From Hyphomicrobium sp. (GTDB lineage Bacteria; Pseudomonadota; Alphaproteobacteria; Rhizobiales; Hyphomicrobiaceae), in assembly GCA_040080075.1 (NCBI GenBank), contig JBEBJD010000254.1, positions 1 through 41,958 of the forward strand: DNA of 41,958 nt, in the 5' to 3' direction. A program made the translations under genes and the position numbers. The notes beneath the pieces are model-generated. The model did not search any database and had not been told where the DNA came from. It saw nothing but the letters and a program-made list of their open reading frames with translations. Below are positions 8,944 through 17,858 of the stretch, one piece after another. Position 1 is the first letter of the stretch; every line of letters begins with the position of its first letter.

Positions 8944-10299
8944 CTATCCAATTGCATTTGCGCGCGGCAATTCTAGGCTGACGGCAAGGCCGCCCAGAGG
9001 CGACAGGCCAAGCCGGACATCGCCCCCATAGAGACGGGCGAGGTCACGCACGATGGCAAGCCCAAGACCTGCACCCGGCTTATTGCTGTCCCACCGTTCT
9101 CCAATATTGAAAACGACTTCATAAGCTTCTGGCGGCAGACCGGGACCATCGTCTTCGACAACGATAACAATCTTGTTTCCCGGATGAACAACGCTGGCTG
9201 ATATGTGCACGGACGACTTACAGTGTTTGCAGGCGTTGTCGGCAAGATTGCCTAGCATCTCGTTGAGATCCTGTGCATCACAAGCCACATCAAGCATTTC
9301 CGGGACACGGTTCTCGATCGCAATGCTTCGATCTTTATGCAACCGCGCAAGTGCAGTTGTCACTTCGCTCGCAGACTTTAGGGTCGATGCGATCGTGCCT
9401 GGCGTGGCACGCATGGCGACCGCGCGGGCGCGGGCAACCTGGTACTCAATCTGAGTCTGCATCCTGCGGCACTGATCAAGGATCGTCACCGAAGCCTGCG
9501 CCAGCCCTTGATCCTTGATGCGATAAGCTTCGTCGGTCAGTATAGCGAGCGGTGTTCTCAGCCCATGCGCCAGATTTCCGGCCTGGGTACGCGCCCGCTG
9601 TATAAGTTCAGACGAATTGGAAAGCAAAGAATTCAAGTCGTCGACAAGAGGCTGCACTTCGAGCGGAAAACGGCCATCGAGGCTCTTAGAACTACCTGAT
9701 CGCACGGACGCAAGGCCAGCGCGTAGCTGCGTCAGCGGTCTAAGTGCCAACATGATTAGCAAGCTGGCGGCCGCGATCATGGCAGCGGCAAGTGCGCCGA
9801 GCGCTCCATAGAGCGTGTTGTCGAAACGGCGCATGACCACTTCGAGGTGACGCGCATCGGTTCCCACAAGAAAACGCAGCGGCGGCTCTGACGGATTATT
9901 CCACTCGGCACGTTCGGCAACAAGCATCCGGCCGGTTGGACCTGCGATTTCATGGGTGTGAGCAACAGTGTCAGCAGCGTTATCATTTGGCGTCCTCAGT
10001 ATCGCGCCCTGCAAAGATGCCGAGCGAGCGATAACGCGTCCCTCCCTTTGGATTTCCCAATAAAACCCCGACTGAGATAGATCATATCGTGGATCGCTGA
10101 AGCTGCGCTGAAGTTGCGCACCCGACGCGTCAATTTTTGCCAGCCGCTTTAATTCGTCGAGGTGGACGAAAAGCTCTTCGTGGAACTGTTCTGTGACATG
10201 CTGACGGAACACGGCCGACAACACGGCACCAGCTGCGGCGACGCCTAACGCAGTCCAGATAAAGGCCGAAACGATCAGCCGGGTTCTCAAAGTCCGCAT
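8944..10299 (-). CDS. Two-component sensor histidine kinase (PhoQ-like architecture)
   Basis: Two hydrophobic segments ('LIVSAFIWTALGVAAAGAVLSAVF' and 'LYGALGALAAAMIAAASLLIMLAL') flank a ~150-aa periplasmic loop. H-box 'LAHGLRTPLAIL', N-box 'LGNLADNACKH', G-box 'GAGLGLAIVRDLARLYGG'. SD 'GGAGAA' upstream; 11 nt after the regulator stop. Confidence 0.9.
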   Translation of the reverse strand: MRTLRTRLIVSAFIWTALGVAAAGAVLSAVFRQHVTEQFHEELFVHLDELKRLAKIDASGAQLQRSFSDPRYDLSQSGFYWEIQREGRVIARSASLQGAILRTPNDNAADTVAHTHEIAGPTGRMLVAERAEWNNPSEPPLRFLVGTDARHLEVVMRRFDNTLYGALGALAAAMIAAASLLIMLALRPLTQLRAGLASVRSGSSKSLDGRFPLEVQPLVDDLNSLLSNSSELIQRARTQAGNLAHGLRTPLAILTDEAYRIKDQGLAQASVTILDQCRRMQTQIEYQVARARAVAMRATPGTIASTLKSASEVTTALARLHKDRSIAIENRVPEMLDVACDAQDLNEMLGNLADNACKHCKSSVHISASVVHPGNKIVIVVEDDGPGLPPEAYEVVFNIGERWDSNKPGAGLGLAIVRDLARLYGGDVRLGLSPLGGLAVSLELPRANAIG

Positions 10300-10310
10300 T
10301 TATTTCTCCG

Positions 10311-10955
10311 CTATTCCAGACGGTAGCCGAGGCCGCGAATCGTCTTGATGAAGCCGGCGCCAAGCTTACGGCGCAAGCGGCTAATGTAGACTTCTATGGT
10401 GTTCAGTTCCCGGATATCATCCAATGTATAGAGATGGTCTGCCAGTTCCGATTGCGAAACGATGCGGCCTTTGCGATGCATGAAATAGTTGAGCATCTGC
10501 AGTTCGCGAGCGGTAAACTCGACGGGCCGGCCTTCGACGGTTACTTGCCCGGCCGCTGTATCCAATGCGATCTTACCATGCGTGATTACGGAGTTTGCCA
10601 AACCCGCATTTCGCCGGATTAGGGCTTTGAGCCGTGCAGCCACTTCAGGGATATTGAACGGTTTGGTAATGTAGTCATCGGCACCAGAGTTGAGCCCCTC
10701 GACCTTCTCGGACCAGGTGCCCCGCGCGGTCAGCACCAGAACCGGCATCAATAGCCCCTCTTTGCGCCAGCGTTTGAGGACATCCAACCCCTGCATCTGG
10801 GGTAGTCCCAGGTCAAGAATGACCACATCATACTGCTCATCCTTGCCCATGTGATAGCCGTCGGCACCATTGTCAGCGCGCTCGATGACAAAGCCCGCCG
10901 AAACCAAGCCGGTCATCAGACGGCTAGCTATTTCATTGTCATCCTCAACCAACAA
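10311..10955 (-). CDS. OmpR/PhoB-family response regulator
   Basis: Receiver motifs 'LVEDD', 'DVVILDLGLP', 'VLVLTARG' and 'GADDYITKPF'. Winged-helix part 'ELQMLNYFM...IEVYISRLRRKL...IRGLGYRLE'. The tracked start is TTG 10955; the true start may be ATT at 10964 (see findings). Confidence 0.9.
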   Translation of the reverse strand: MLVEDDNEIASRLMTGLVSAGFVIERADNGADGYHMGKDEQYDVVILDLGLPQMQGLDVLKRWRKEGLLMPVLVLTARGTWSEKVEGLNSGADDYITKPFNIPEVAARLKALIRRNAGLANSVITHGKIALDTAAGQVTVEGRPVEFTARELQMLNYFMHRKGRIVSQSELADHLYTLDDIRELNTIEVYISRLRRKLGAGFIKTIRGLGYRLE

Positions 10956-11000
10956 AATGCGAATTGCGGCCTCCTGTACACAATGCTGATTCCTAACACG

Positions 11001-11060
11001 GAAAGCTGAAAACCAGCTGAATAGTCCACGACCCGTAAATTCAGCTGGCTTTCAGCTTCG
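11001..11060. promoter_or_regulatory. Large imperfect palindrome with internal 11-bp-phased direct repeats in the divergent promoter region; candidate response-regulator operator
   Basis: Left arm 'GAAAGCTGAAAACCAGCTGAAT' (11001-11022) and right arm 'ATTCAGCTGGCTTTCAGCTTCG' (11039-11060) match as reverse complements at 20/22 positions, with a 16-nt spacer. Each arm holds AGCTGAA twice, 11 bp apart (11004-11010 and 11015-11021). Confidence 0.5.
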
Positions 11061-11191
11061 TGTGTCAAGTGCCGCTATGAGCGATGGCACCCACACGAAA
11101 AGCAGAACCAACTCATGAGTAGAGCCAGAACACTTTCCATCCCCCGGTGGCGCACAGCGGTCAGGCAGATGATGACAGTGGGGGCGGCGGA

Positions 11192-11581
11192 ATGAGCATC
11201 GATATCCCAAACCTGGGCTTGGATCCCGCACTTTGCAAACTGACGTTCGTACTTCCGCCAAGCGGTGCCGATTACTTGACGGAGGTTCTACTGACGCTGG
11301 ATCCTCCACTCGCAGGCTTCACAACTTGGACCGCTGAAGGTCACGGTCACGGCTTTGCCAACGCTAATATAAGCGAACGGGTCCGTGGACGTGTCCGGCG
11401 AACGGTGCTGGCCGCCATTCTTCCCCGTCAAAACGTCGCTCAATTGCTTGAGCATTTACGCACTGCAGCCGCCATCCCGCATCTGACCTACTGGGTCGAA
11501 CCTGTGGAACTCTTCGGTCAGCTATTGAACCAGGAGCGATCCAATTCAACTGAACCGTTGAACGCGAGGGAATCGCAATGA
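11192..11581 (+). CDS. Small cytoplasmic protein, DUF3240-like (family commonly linked to metal RND operons)
   Basis: ATG at 11192 is preferred over the tracked 11147 start (the upstream extension is low-complexity). 'FVLPPSGADYLTEVLL...LAGFTTWTAEGHGHGF...RVRGRVRRTVLAAILPRQNVAQLLEHL' was recognised from memory as DUF3240-like. The stop overlaps the next start (ATGA at 11578-11581). Confidence 0.5.
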   Translation: MSIDIPNLGLDPALCKLTFVLPPSGADYLTEVLLTLDPPLAGFTTWTAEGHGHGFANANISERVRGRVRRTVLAAILPRQNVAQLLEHLRTAAAIPHLTYWVEPVELFGQLLNQERSNSTEPLNARESQ

Positions 11582-11745
11582 GCTATCTTTCTTTGTATGT
11601 GTTGCCAACCTTTTTTGTTGTTGCGATTTGTGCGCTCACACGTTGGGCCCTGGCACAGCGGGATAGTCAAAGTGCCGTTGTGGAGCGATTGTGCAGTGGA
11701 CCGCAGTTGTTTGAAAGTCATTTGCCGGGCAGTGACCTGCCATGA
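11578..11745 (+). CDS. Unannotated 55-aa ORF with N-terminal hydrophobic helix (below the ORF-track cutoff)
   Basis: Hand translation: 'MSYLSLYVLPTFFVVAICALTRWALAQRDSQSAVVERLCSGPQLFESHLPGSDLP*'. ATGA overlap with the upstream stop (11578-11581) and with the downstream start (11742-11745). Confidence 0.45.
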   Translation: MSYLSLYVLPTFFVVAICALTRWALAQRDSQSAVVERLCSGPQLFESHLPGSDLP

Positions 11746-12005
11746 TCTTGCAATCGCTTGTCCGCGCGGCAGCAATGACGATGTTCATCGTCTGGGCCAT
11801 CGCTCAACCTTCCCAGGCTCAATCGCATGATATCCCTTGGCCACGCGGCGCGTCGCGGCAGGAGGGTTTTGGACACTGTGCCAAGGGGCCCTGCATGAAA
11901 CGTTCATCATTCGCGGGAAGTGTGCCTCACCGGCATGCAGGACCACGCGCGTGCGAAGGCAAGGGTGCTGCGGGCTATAAATTTGGCAGCCCATTCAGCT
12001 GTTAG
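11742..12005 (+). CDS. Small exported Cys/His-containing protein, unknown function
   Basis: Signal-like N-terminus 'MILQSLVRAAAMTMFIVWAIAQPSQA/QS'. The mature part contains 'GHCAKGPCM', 'HRH' and a C-terminal 'FSC'. Translationally coupled to the preceding ORF; lies directly upstream of the RND adaptor gene. Confidence 0.45.
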   Translation: MILQSLVRAAAMTMFIVWAIAQPSQAQSHDIPWPRGASRQEGFGHCAKGPCMKRSSFAGSVPHRHAGPRACEGKGAAGYKFGSPFSC

Positions 12006-12153
12006 ATCTATTCGCCGGCGATTTGGCCGCGGGATAGAAACAGCCCAAGCGCGTTGAATGGGAGGGATCGCTTGTGTCCGTTCAGGCTGGCTTCAGGTTG
12101 GCGTGCGATGAGGACAACTCTTAACCAGACATTACGCAAGTTGGGCCCAACTC

Positions 12154-13212
12154 ATGATCACTTCGCCACGTTGCTTTAGGCTTTTGCTGCCGCTGCCACT
12201 CCTCACTATCTTCGCGCACGGCGCCGGAGCCAGCGACCTGCCTGTTCCAAACGAGCAGATCGAAGCGCTTGGAATACGGCTCGTAGAGGTTGCCGGAACA
12301 GAATCACAGCCACTCGCCGTTTTGCCAGCAACAGTAATTCCAGCAGCTAAAGCCCGCACATTGGTGCCGTTGCCGTTCTCAGGCACAATCGTCAAGACCC
12401 ATGTCCTGGTTGGCCAGGACGTCAAGAAGGGACAGGACATCGCGACCATCTCCAGTCAGGATTTCCACGAGATCCAAGCCAAGATCATCGAAAGTGATGC
12501 CGAGCTGATGAAGGCGAAACTCAACGCTGAGCGCCAGCGCATTCTGGCTGACAAAAAGGTCATCGCCAGCAACGACGCATTGGAAGCAGAAGAGCTAGTC
12601 CAGAAAATCCGCACCATAGGCGCAGAATTCAAGGACCATGCAGAGAGCTTTGGCCTGCGCAAGGTCGACGAATTTTCATTTGTGGTCGTTTCGCCTGCTG
12701 ACGGTAAGGTCGTGGAGTTGAGCGCAGTCAATGAGAAGGCCGATGCAACGGCCGGTATTGCTATGTTGCGAACGAGTGCCGAGCGTTGGCTTGAGGTGCA
12801 GATTTCCGTCGATCTCGTCGCCCGCACACAAGTTGGCGACCGTGTCGAAATCGACGGGAAGCCTGCTGGAAATGTCATTTCTATAGGATCGGCAATCGAT
12901 CGATTGACCCGGTCCGCAACAATGCTGGTGTCACTTCCCCACGACACAGATCTGGTGGAAGGCCAAAACGTCTCTGTTACCATTCTTGGACAGGTCAGCA
13001 AGAGCGCCTCAGCCGTTCCTGCTGCGGCCGTCACGTTCATTAATGGCAAGCCCTCGGTATTTCTTCGCACGGCCCAGGGTTTCAAAAAGCTCGAGGTTAC
13101 GCTCTTGGGTAAGTCACCATTGGTCGCCACCGTTTCGGGCGATCTTACGGCAGGTCAGCTCGTTGCCGCTAGCCGGCTTCCCGAACTCGAAAACCTCGTC
13201 GCGGTGGATTAG
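12154..13212 (+). CDS. RND efflux periplasmic adaptor (membrane fusion protein, CzcB/CusB-type)
   Basis: Signal-like N-terminus 'LLLPLPLLTIFAHGAGA', lipoyl/hairpin region 'VKKGQDIATISSQDFHEIQAKIIESDAELMKAKLNAERQRIL', beta-barrel C-terminal half. Stop is 3 nt before the RND pump start. Confidence 0.8.
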   Translation: MITSPRCFRLLLPLPLLTIFAHGAGASDLPVPNEQIEALGIRLVEVAGTESQPLAVLPATVIPAAKARTLVPLPFSGTIVKTHVLVGQDVKKGQDIATISSQDFHEIQAKIIESDAELMKAKLNAERQRILADKKVIASNDALEAEELVQKIRTIGAEFKDHAESFGLRKVDEFSFVVVSPADGKVVELSAVNEKADATAGIAMLRTSAERWLEVQISVDLVARTQVGDRVEIDGKPAGNVISIGSAIDRLTRSATMLVSLPHDTDLVEGQNVSVTILGQVSKSASAVPAAAVTFINGKPSVFLRTAQGFKKLEVTLLGKSPLVATVSGDLTAGQLVAASRLPELENLVAVD

Positions 13213-13215
13213 TTC

Positions 13216-16200
13216 ATGCTCAGACGCTTGATCGAGTTTTCGCTCACCCAGCGAGTTTTAATCCTTGTTCTGGGCGTGCTGCTTGCGGCGTCGGGAACCT
13301 ACGCCTATCTGCACATTCCGATTGATGCCTTCCCTGACATTTCTCAGACTCAGGTGAAGATCATCATGAAAGCTCCGGGCATGACGCCCGAGGAAGTCGA
13401 GGCGCGCGTCATTACGCCGGTCGAGATGGAGTTGCTGGGCATTCCCCACCAAGTCATTCTGCGCTCGTCCGCCAAATATGCGCTTGCCGACATCACTGTC
13501 GACTTCCACGATGGCACTGATGTCTATTGGGCCCGCCAACAAGTCGGCGAGCGGCTCGCGGGTGTGCAAGGCGACCTGCCAGGTGGTGTTTCTGGCGGTA
13601 TGGCACCGATCTCTACGCCTTTGTCGGAAGTTTTCATGTTTACGATCGAGAGCGACAGCCTGTCTCTCGACGAACGGCGTGCCCTGCTCGACTGGACAAT
13701 AAGGCCGGCGCTGCGCACCATCCCAGGCGTTGCCGACGTCAACGCACTTGGGGGTTATGTCCGCACATTTGAAGTTGTCCCCAACAGCGGCGCACTGGCA
13801 CAAGCCGGGCTCGGCGTATCGCAACTTGCCGAATACATCGATGCAAGCAATCGCAACGACGGTGCTGGCCGCCTTTCGGAGGGTGAGAAGGCCTTGGTCG
13901 TTCGCGCCGAGGGGGCCATCAAATCCATTGCCGATCTCGAACAGGTCGTCGTCAAGAACGAAGCCGGCCGCATCCTACGTTTGCGTGATGTTGCCAGTGT
14001 GCGGACTGGCAGCATGACACGTTACGGCGCCGTAACTGCTAACGGCAAAGGCGAGGCAGTGGAAGGCATCGTCTTGTCGCTGCGTGGCGCCGATGCCAGC
14101 GCCGTAACCAAAGCTGCCCGCCAGAAAATTGAAGATCTGAAGAAAGTGCTTCCCGAGGGCGTCTCGCTTCACACATTCTATGACCGGTCCGATCTGGTGC
14201 AGAGGGCGGTTGGAACCGTACAAAAGGCGCTGGTCGAAGCCACCATCCTTGTTGTCATACTTTTGCTCGCGTTTTTGGGAAACTTGCGCGCGGCCCTCGT
14301 GGTCGCCGTTAGTTTGCCGCTGGCGGCGCTGTTTGCTTTCGTCCTCATGGGCTACGCTGGCATGTCGGCCAACCTGATGAGCTTGGGTGGGCTTGCCATT
14401 GCCATCGGCCTGATCGTCGACGCCGCCGTTGTGGTGGTTGAAAATACGGTTGAAGCGCTAGAACACGAAGGCGTGCAAGACCGGGTACCATTGCTGCACC
14501 AGATCTATCGCGCCGCAAGCGATGTTGCTGTGCCTGTCGCGTCCGGTATCACTATTATCTGCCTGGTGTTTTTACCTCTCATGTCGTTGCAGGGCCTGGA
14601 GGGCAAGCTGTTCGCACCAGTGGCGCTCACCATTATTTTCGCGCTCAGCGGATCACTGTTGATTTCGCTGACGCTGGTCCCTGTTCTGTCATCATATGTG
14701 TTGAAATCGCAACCCCACAGCGTGCCACTCCTGATGCGCGTGCTGAACGCTGGCTATGTGCCGCTTTTGAAGCTCTGCCTCAAACGCCCGGTCATCGTAT
14801 ATACTGCAGCCATGGCTGGCTTGGCCGCCATGGTCTACGCATATGGGGCCTTGGGTAAATCGTTCATGCCAACAATGGACGAAGGCGCAGTCATCATCCA
14901 GACTACAAAACTTCCATCGATAGGTCTTAGCGCCAGTCTCGACGGCGATATCAGTGTTCAGAAGCACATCCTGGCCAATGTTCCAGAAGTAGACAGGATC
15001 GTGTCTCGCGTCGGTAGTGATGAACTTGGCCTTGATCCGATGGGCCCCAACGAGACGGACAATTTCCTTGTGCTGAAGCCCAAGGAAAGCTGGCGCGATC
15101 CCGACAAGGAGAAACTTGTCGAGCATCTGCGCCAGGCTGTCGCGGTCATGCCCGGACTGGAGTTCTCGTTCACGCAGCCGATCGAGATGCGCACGGCTGA
15201 AATGCTGACAGGGTCGCGCGGCGATCTCGCCGTGAAGATCTTCGGTCCGGAACTGGCTGTTCTCTCGGATCTTGCGGGCCAAGTGCAGCAAACGATCGGC
15301 AAAGTGCCTGGGGCCTCCGAGGTGTCGACGGTTGCCAACGATACGGTCGACTATCTGCAAATCATCGTCGACCGCATGGCGGCAGGCCGCACCGGGCTGT
15401 CGGCCACCAGGATAGAAGACGAGTTGCGGGCACTCTTGGAGGGCACGCGTGCTGGCACTATATCGGAGGCTAACCGGCGAACGAACATCATCATCAAAGG
15501 ACAAGAAGAGATCCGGCAATCGCCCGAACTGTTCACAACGACCCAATTTGCAGCCGGCGATGGCGGACTGGTCCGTATCGGCGACGTCGCCAAGATCACG
15601 CGCAGTACGGGCCCTGTTAAAATCGACCGCGAAAACGCATCGCGGTTCGCGCTCGTCCAGGCCTATGTCTCCGGACGCGACTTAGTTGGCTTTGTCGAGG
15701 ACTCGCAAAAGGCCGTCATGGCACAAGTTCCACTGCCAGCCGGGTACACTATGGTCTGGGGCGGTGAATTCGAAAATCAGCGCCGGGCGGCGGCGCGTCT
15801 CGCCATCGTTGTTCCTCTGGCGCTCGTTATGATCGCTGTGGTGCTGTTTGCAACACTCAGGTCGCTCAGGCAATCGATGCTTATTCTCTCGAATGTACCA
15901 TTTGCGATGGTCGGTGGCGTCTTGGCGCTATGGGCCTCGGGTGAGTACCTTTCTGTGCCTGCCTCAGTAGGCTTCATCGCGCTACTGGGTATTGCCGTAC
16001 TCAATGGACTGGTGCTCGTTACTTACTTTAATCAGCTGATCGCGGAGGGAACCCCAGTCGACAGAGCCGTCCTGGAGGGAGCCGTGCGGCGATTGCGGCC
16101 CGTGCTCATGACGGCGAGCATTGCGGCCTTCGGACTTGTGCCTTTGCTTTTTGCTACGGGGCCGGGATCCGAGATTCAAAAACCTCTGGCGATTGTCGTG

Positions 16201-16335
16201 ATCGGTGGTCTGATCACGTCAACCGCACTTACGCTGCTGCTGCTGCCGGTTCTATTCGCTCGCTTCGGCGTCGCCACTGAGGACGTGCGGCCCAAGGACA
16301 TGGAGCCCCGGTGGATTAACCCGTTTGCAGTGTGA
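13216..16335 (+). CDS. RND efflux pump, heavy-metal-efflux (CzcA/CusA) family
   Basis: 1039 aa. N-terminus 'LIEFSLTQRVLILVLGVLL...PIDAFPDISQTQVKII' is typical of HME-RND. The TM4 signature 'AIGLIVDAAVVVVEN' (~nt 14400-14445) has a single Asp as in CusA rather than the DD of AcrB-type pumps. Two large periplasmic loops and 12 hydrophobic segments. Confidence 0.9.
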   Translation: MLRRLIEFSLTQRVLILVLGVLLAASGTYAYLHIPIDAFPDISQTQVKIIMKAPGMTPEEVEARVITPVEMELLGIPHQVILRSSAKYALADITVDFHDGTDVYWARQQVGERLAGVQGDLPGGVSGGMAPISTPLSEVFMFTIESDSLSLDERRALLDWTIRPALRTIPGVADVNALGGYVRTFEVVPNSGALAQAGLGVSQLAEYIDASNRNDGAGRLSEGEKALVVRAEGAIKSIADLEQVVVKNEAGRILRLRDVASVRTGSMTRYGAVTANGKGEAVEGIVLSLRGADASAVTKAARQKIEDLKKVLPEGVSLHTFYDRSDLVQRAVGTVQKALVEATILVVILLLAFLGNLRAALVVAVSLPLAALFAFVLMGYAGMSANLMSLGGLAIAIGLIVDAAVVVVENTVEALEHEGVQDRVPLLHQIYRAASDVAVPVASGITIICLVFLPLMSLQGLEGKLFAPVALTIIFALSGSLLISLTLVPVLSSYVLKSQPHSVPLLMRVLNAGYVPLLKLCLKRPVIVYTAAMAGLAAMVYAYGALGKSFMPTMDEGAVIIQTTKLPSIGLSASLDGDISVQKHILANVPEVDRIVSRVGSDELGLDPMGPNETDNFLVLKPKESWRDPDKEKLVEHLRQAVAVMPGLEFSFTQPIEMRTAEMLTGSRGDLAVKIFGPELAVLSDLAGQVQQTIGKVPGASEVSTVANDTVDYLQIIVDRMAAGRTGLSATRIEDELRALLEGTRAGTISEANRRTNIIIKGQEEIRQSPELFTTTQFAAGDGGLVRIGDVAKITRSTGPVKIDRENASRFALVQAYVSGRDLVGFVEDSQKAVMAQVPLPAGYTMVWGGEFENQRRAAARLAIVVPLALVMIAVVLFATLRSLRQSMLILSNVPFAMVGGVLALWASGEYLSVPASVGFIALLGIAVLNGLVLVTYFNQLIAEGTPVDRAVLEGAVRRLRPVLMTASIAAFGLVPLLFATGPGSEIQKPLAIVVIGGLITSTALTLLLLPVLFARFGVATEDVRPKDMEPRWINPFAV

Positions 16336-16460
16336 CGTCGTAATGACAATAGCGTTGTAGCGTTGCGCGCCTACGACTTAACGCTTGAATCGCAAACGCC
16401 GGAAAGTCCGGAACGAAGGAGGCACGAGAGCCACACTATTTTCAACCTGGGGGAGTATTA

Positions 16461-17858
16461 ATGCCAGCGCGCAATAGACGAATTCTATGGTCACTGTCAC
16501 TGTCTCTGATTGTGCCGGCGGCGCTGATTGGCTGCGCTGATCCGATTGGCGATTCGGCAACATCCGCGATCCCCGCGCCGGGCTCGCTTACTTCAGACCG
16601 GCAGCTTCCGTTGCGCCCTTGGGTTCCCGATCCGCAGGCTGTCCCCGGATCGGATGGTCCGGCAAGGGTAACTGAAACGATTGGGTTGCAGGCTGCGGTC
16701 TCGCGCGCCGTGGAACACAGTCCTCAGCTTAAAGCCGCGTTCATGGAGATCGAGGCACGTCACGGCGAGGCCGCGCAGGCGTCCTACAGGATAAACCCAG
16801 AAGTTAGCCTCGACATTGAGAACTTCGCCGGTACGAAATCCAAGACCGGCTTTGATGTTGCCGAGGAGACATTGCAGATCTCTCAGACGATCGAACTCGG
16901 AGACAAGCGACTGAAGCGCCTGCGCTCTGCTAGCCTCGAGGCTTCGGTCGCCGGTTGGGACTATGAGGCCGCGAGATTGTCTGTTGCGGCAAAAGCCGCT
17001 GACTATTTTGTCGACGTTCTTGCGAGCCAGGAGAGAATAACTGTTCTCGACGGCTTCATTGCGACCGCCGCGAATACAAAAAACGCGGTGGAAGCGCAGG
17101 TCAAGGGGGGCAAGGCGTCTCCGATCGATCTCGACCGGTCTAATATCGTGCTGGCGCGCGCCAAGGCGCAACGCGAAGCCGAGGCCGCCAAGAACGCAGC
17201 ATCACGTCAATCGCTGTCGGCCCTATGGGGCGGTGGCGGCAGGGCTTTGTTCGCAAGTGTAGCCGGAAAACTCGATAAGGGCAGGAGTGTGCCGTCGATC
17301 TTGCAGGTCAAGTCGATGCTCGATTCAAACCCTGCGCTCGCCCGCTGGGGTGACGAGATTGGCAAGCGCTACGCGATCCTCGATGTCGAACATTCCAAAT
17401 CCATCCCGGATTTCAAGGTCGGCTTAGGAACAAGAGTCTTCAATGAAGATGGCAGCGCGGCACTCGTTGCGTCCGTATCTGTCCCGCTTCAGGTATTCGA
17501 TCGCAACGAAGGAAATATCGCAGCGGCCGAGCGGCGAATCCAGCGGTCGCTCTATGAGGAGCAATCGGCCAGGCGCGATATGACGTCGGCGTTGACGGAG
17601 ATAATTGGCGCCTTGAATGTCGCCCATGCCCAGATCCGGGCTCAGGAAGACGACATCCTGCCCTCCGCTCGCTCGGCCTACGAACGAACCCGTACAGGCT
17701 ACAGCGAGGGAAAGTTTGACTTGCTACATCTATTGGATACGCAAAGGACGCTGCTGGAAAGCCAGTTTGAAGCCGTCAATGCGCGGGCAGACTTCACCAA
17801 GGCTAAAGTGCGACTCGATATGCTGACCGGGCAAGGTGCCGGATCCTCGCAGGAGTAA
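16461..17858 (+). CDS. Outer-membrane efflux factor lipoprotein (TolC/CzcC family)
   Basis: SD 'GGGGGAG' upstream. Lipobox 'ALIGC'. 'LQAAVSRAVEHSPQLKAAFMEIEARHGEAAQASYRINPEVSL' and a second internal repeat are typical of OEP-family proteins. Confidence 0.85.
   Translation: MPARNRRILWSLSLSLIVPAALIGCADPIGDSATSAIPAPGSLTSDRQLPLRPWVPDPQAVPGSDGPARVTETIGLQAAVSRAVEHSPQLKAAFMEIEARHGEAAQASYRINPEVSLDIENFAGTKSKTGFDVAEETLQISQTIELGDKRLKRLRSASLEASVAGWDYEAARLSVAAKAADYFVDVLASQERITVLDGFIATAANTKNAVEAQVKGGKASPIDLDRSNIVLARAKAQREAEAAKNAASRQSLSALWGGGGRALFASVAGKLDKGRSVPSILQVKSMLDSNPALARWGDEIGKRYAILDVEHSKSIPDFKVGLGTRVFNEDGSAALVASVSVPLQVFDRNEGNIAAAERRIQRSLYEEQSARRDMTSALTEIIGALNVAHAQIRAQEDDILPSARSAYERTRTGYSEGKFDLLHLLDTQRTLLESQFEAVNARADFTKAKVRLDMLTGQGAGSSQE

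Noticed and set aside
12456-15546. Long minus-strand ORFs inside the RND adaptor and pump genes (12456-13130, 13258-13824, 14692-15546)
   Set aside because: They lie antisense to genes with clear family motifs. Their translations are Arg/Ser/Pro-rich with no motifs, as expected for shadow frames in GC-rich coding DNA.
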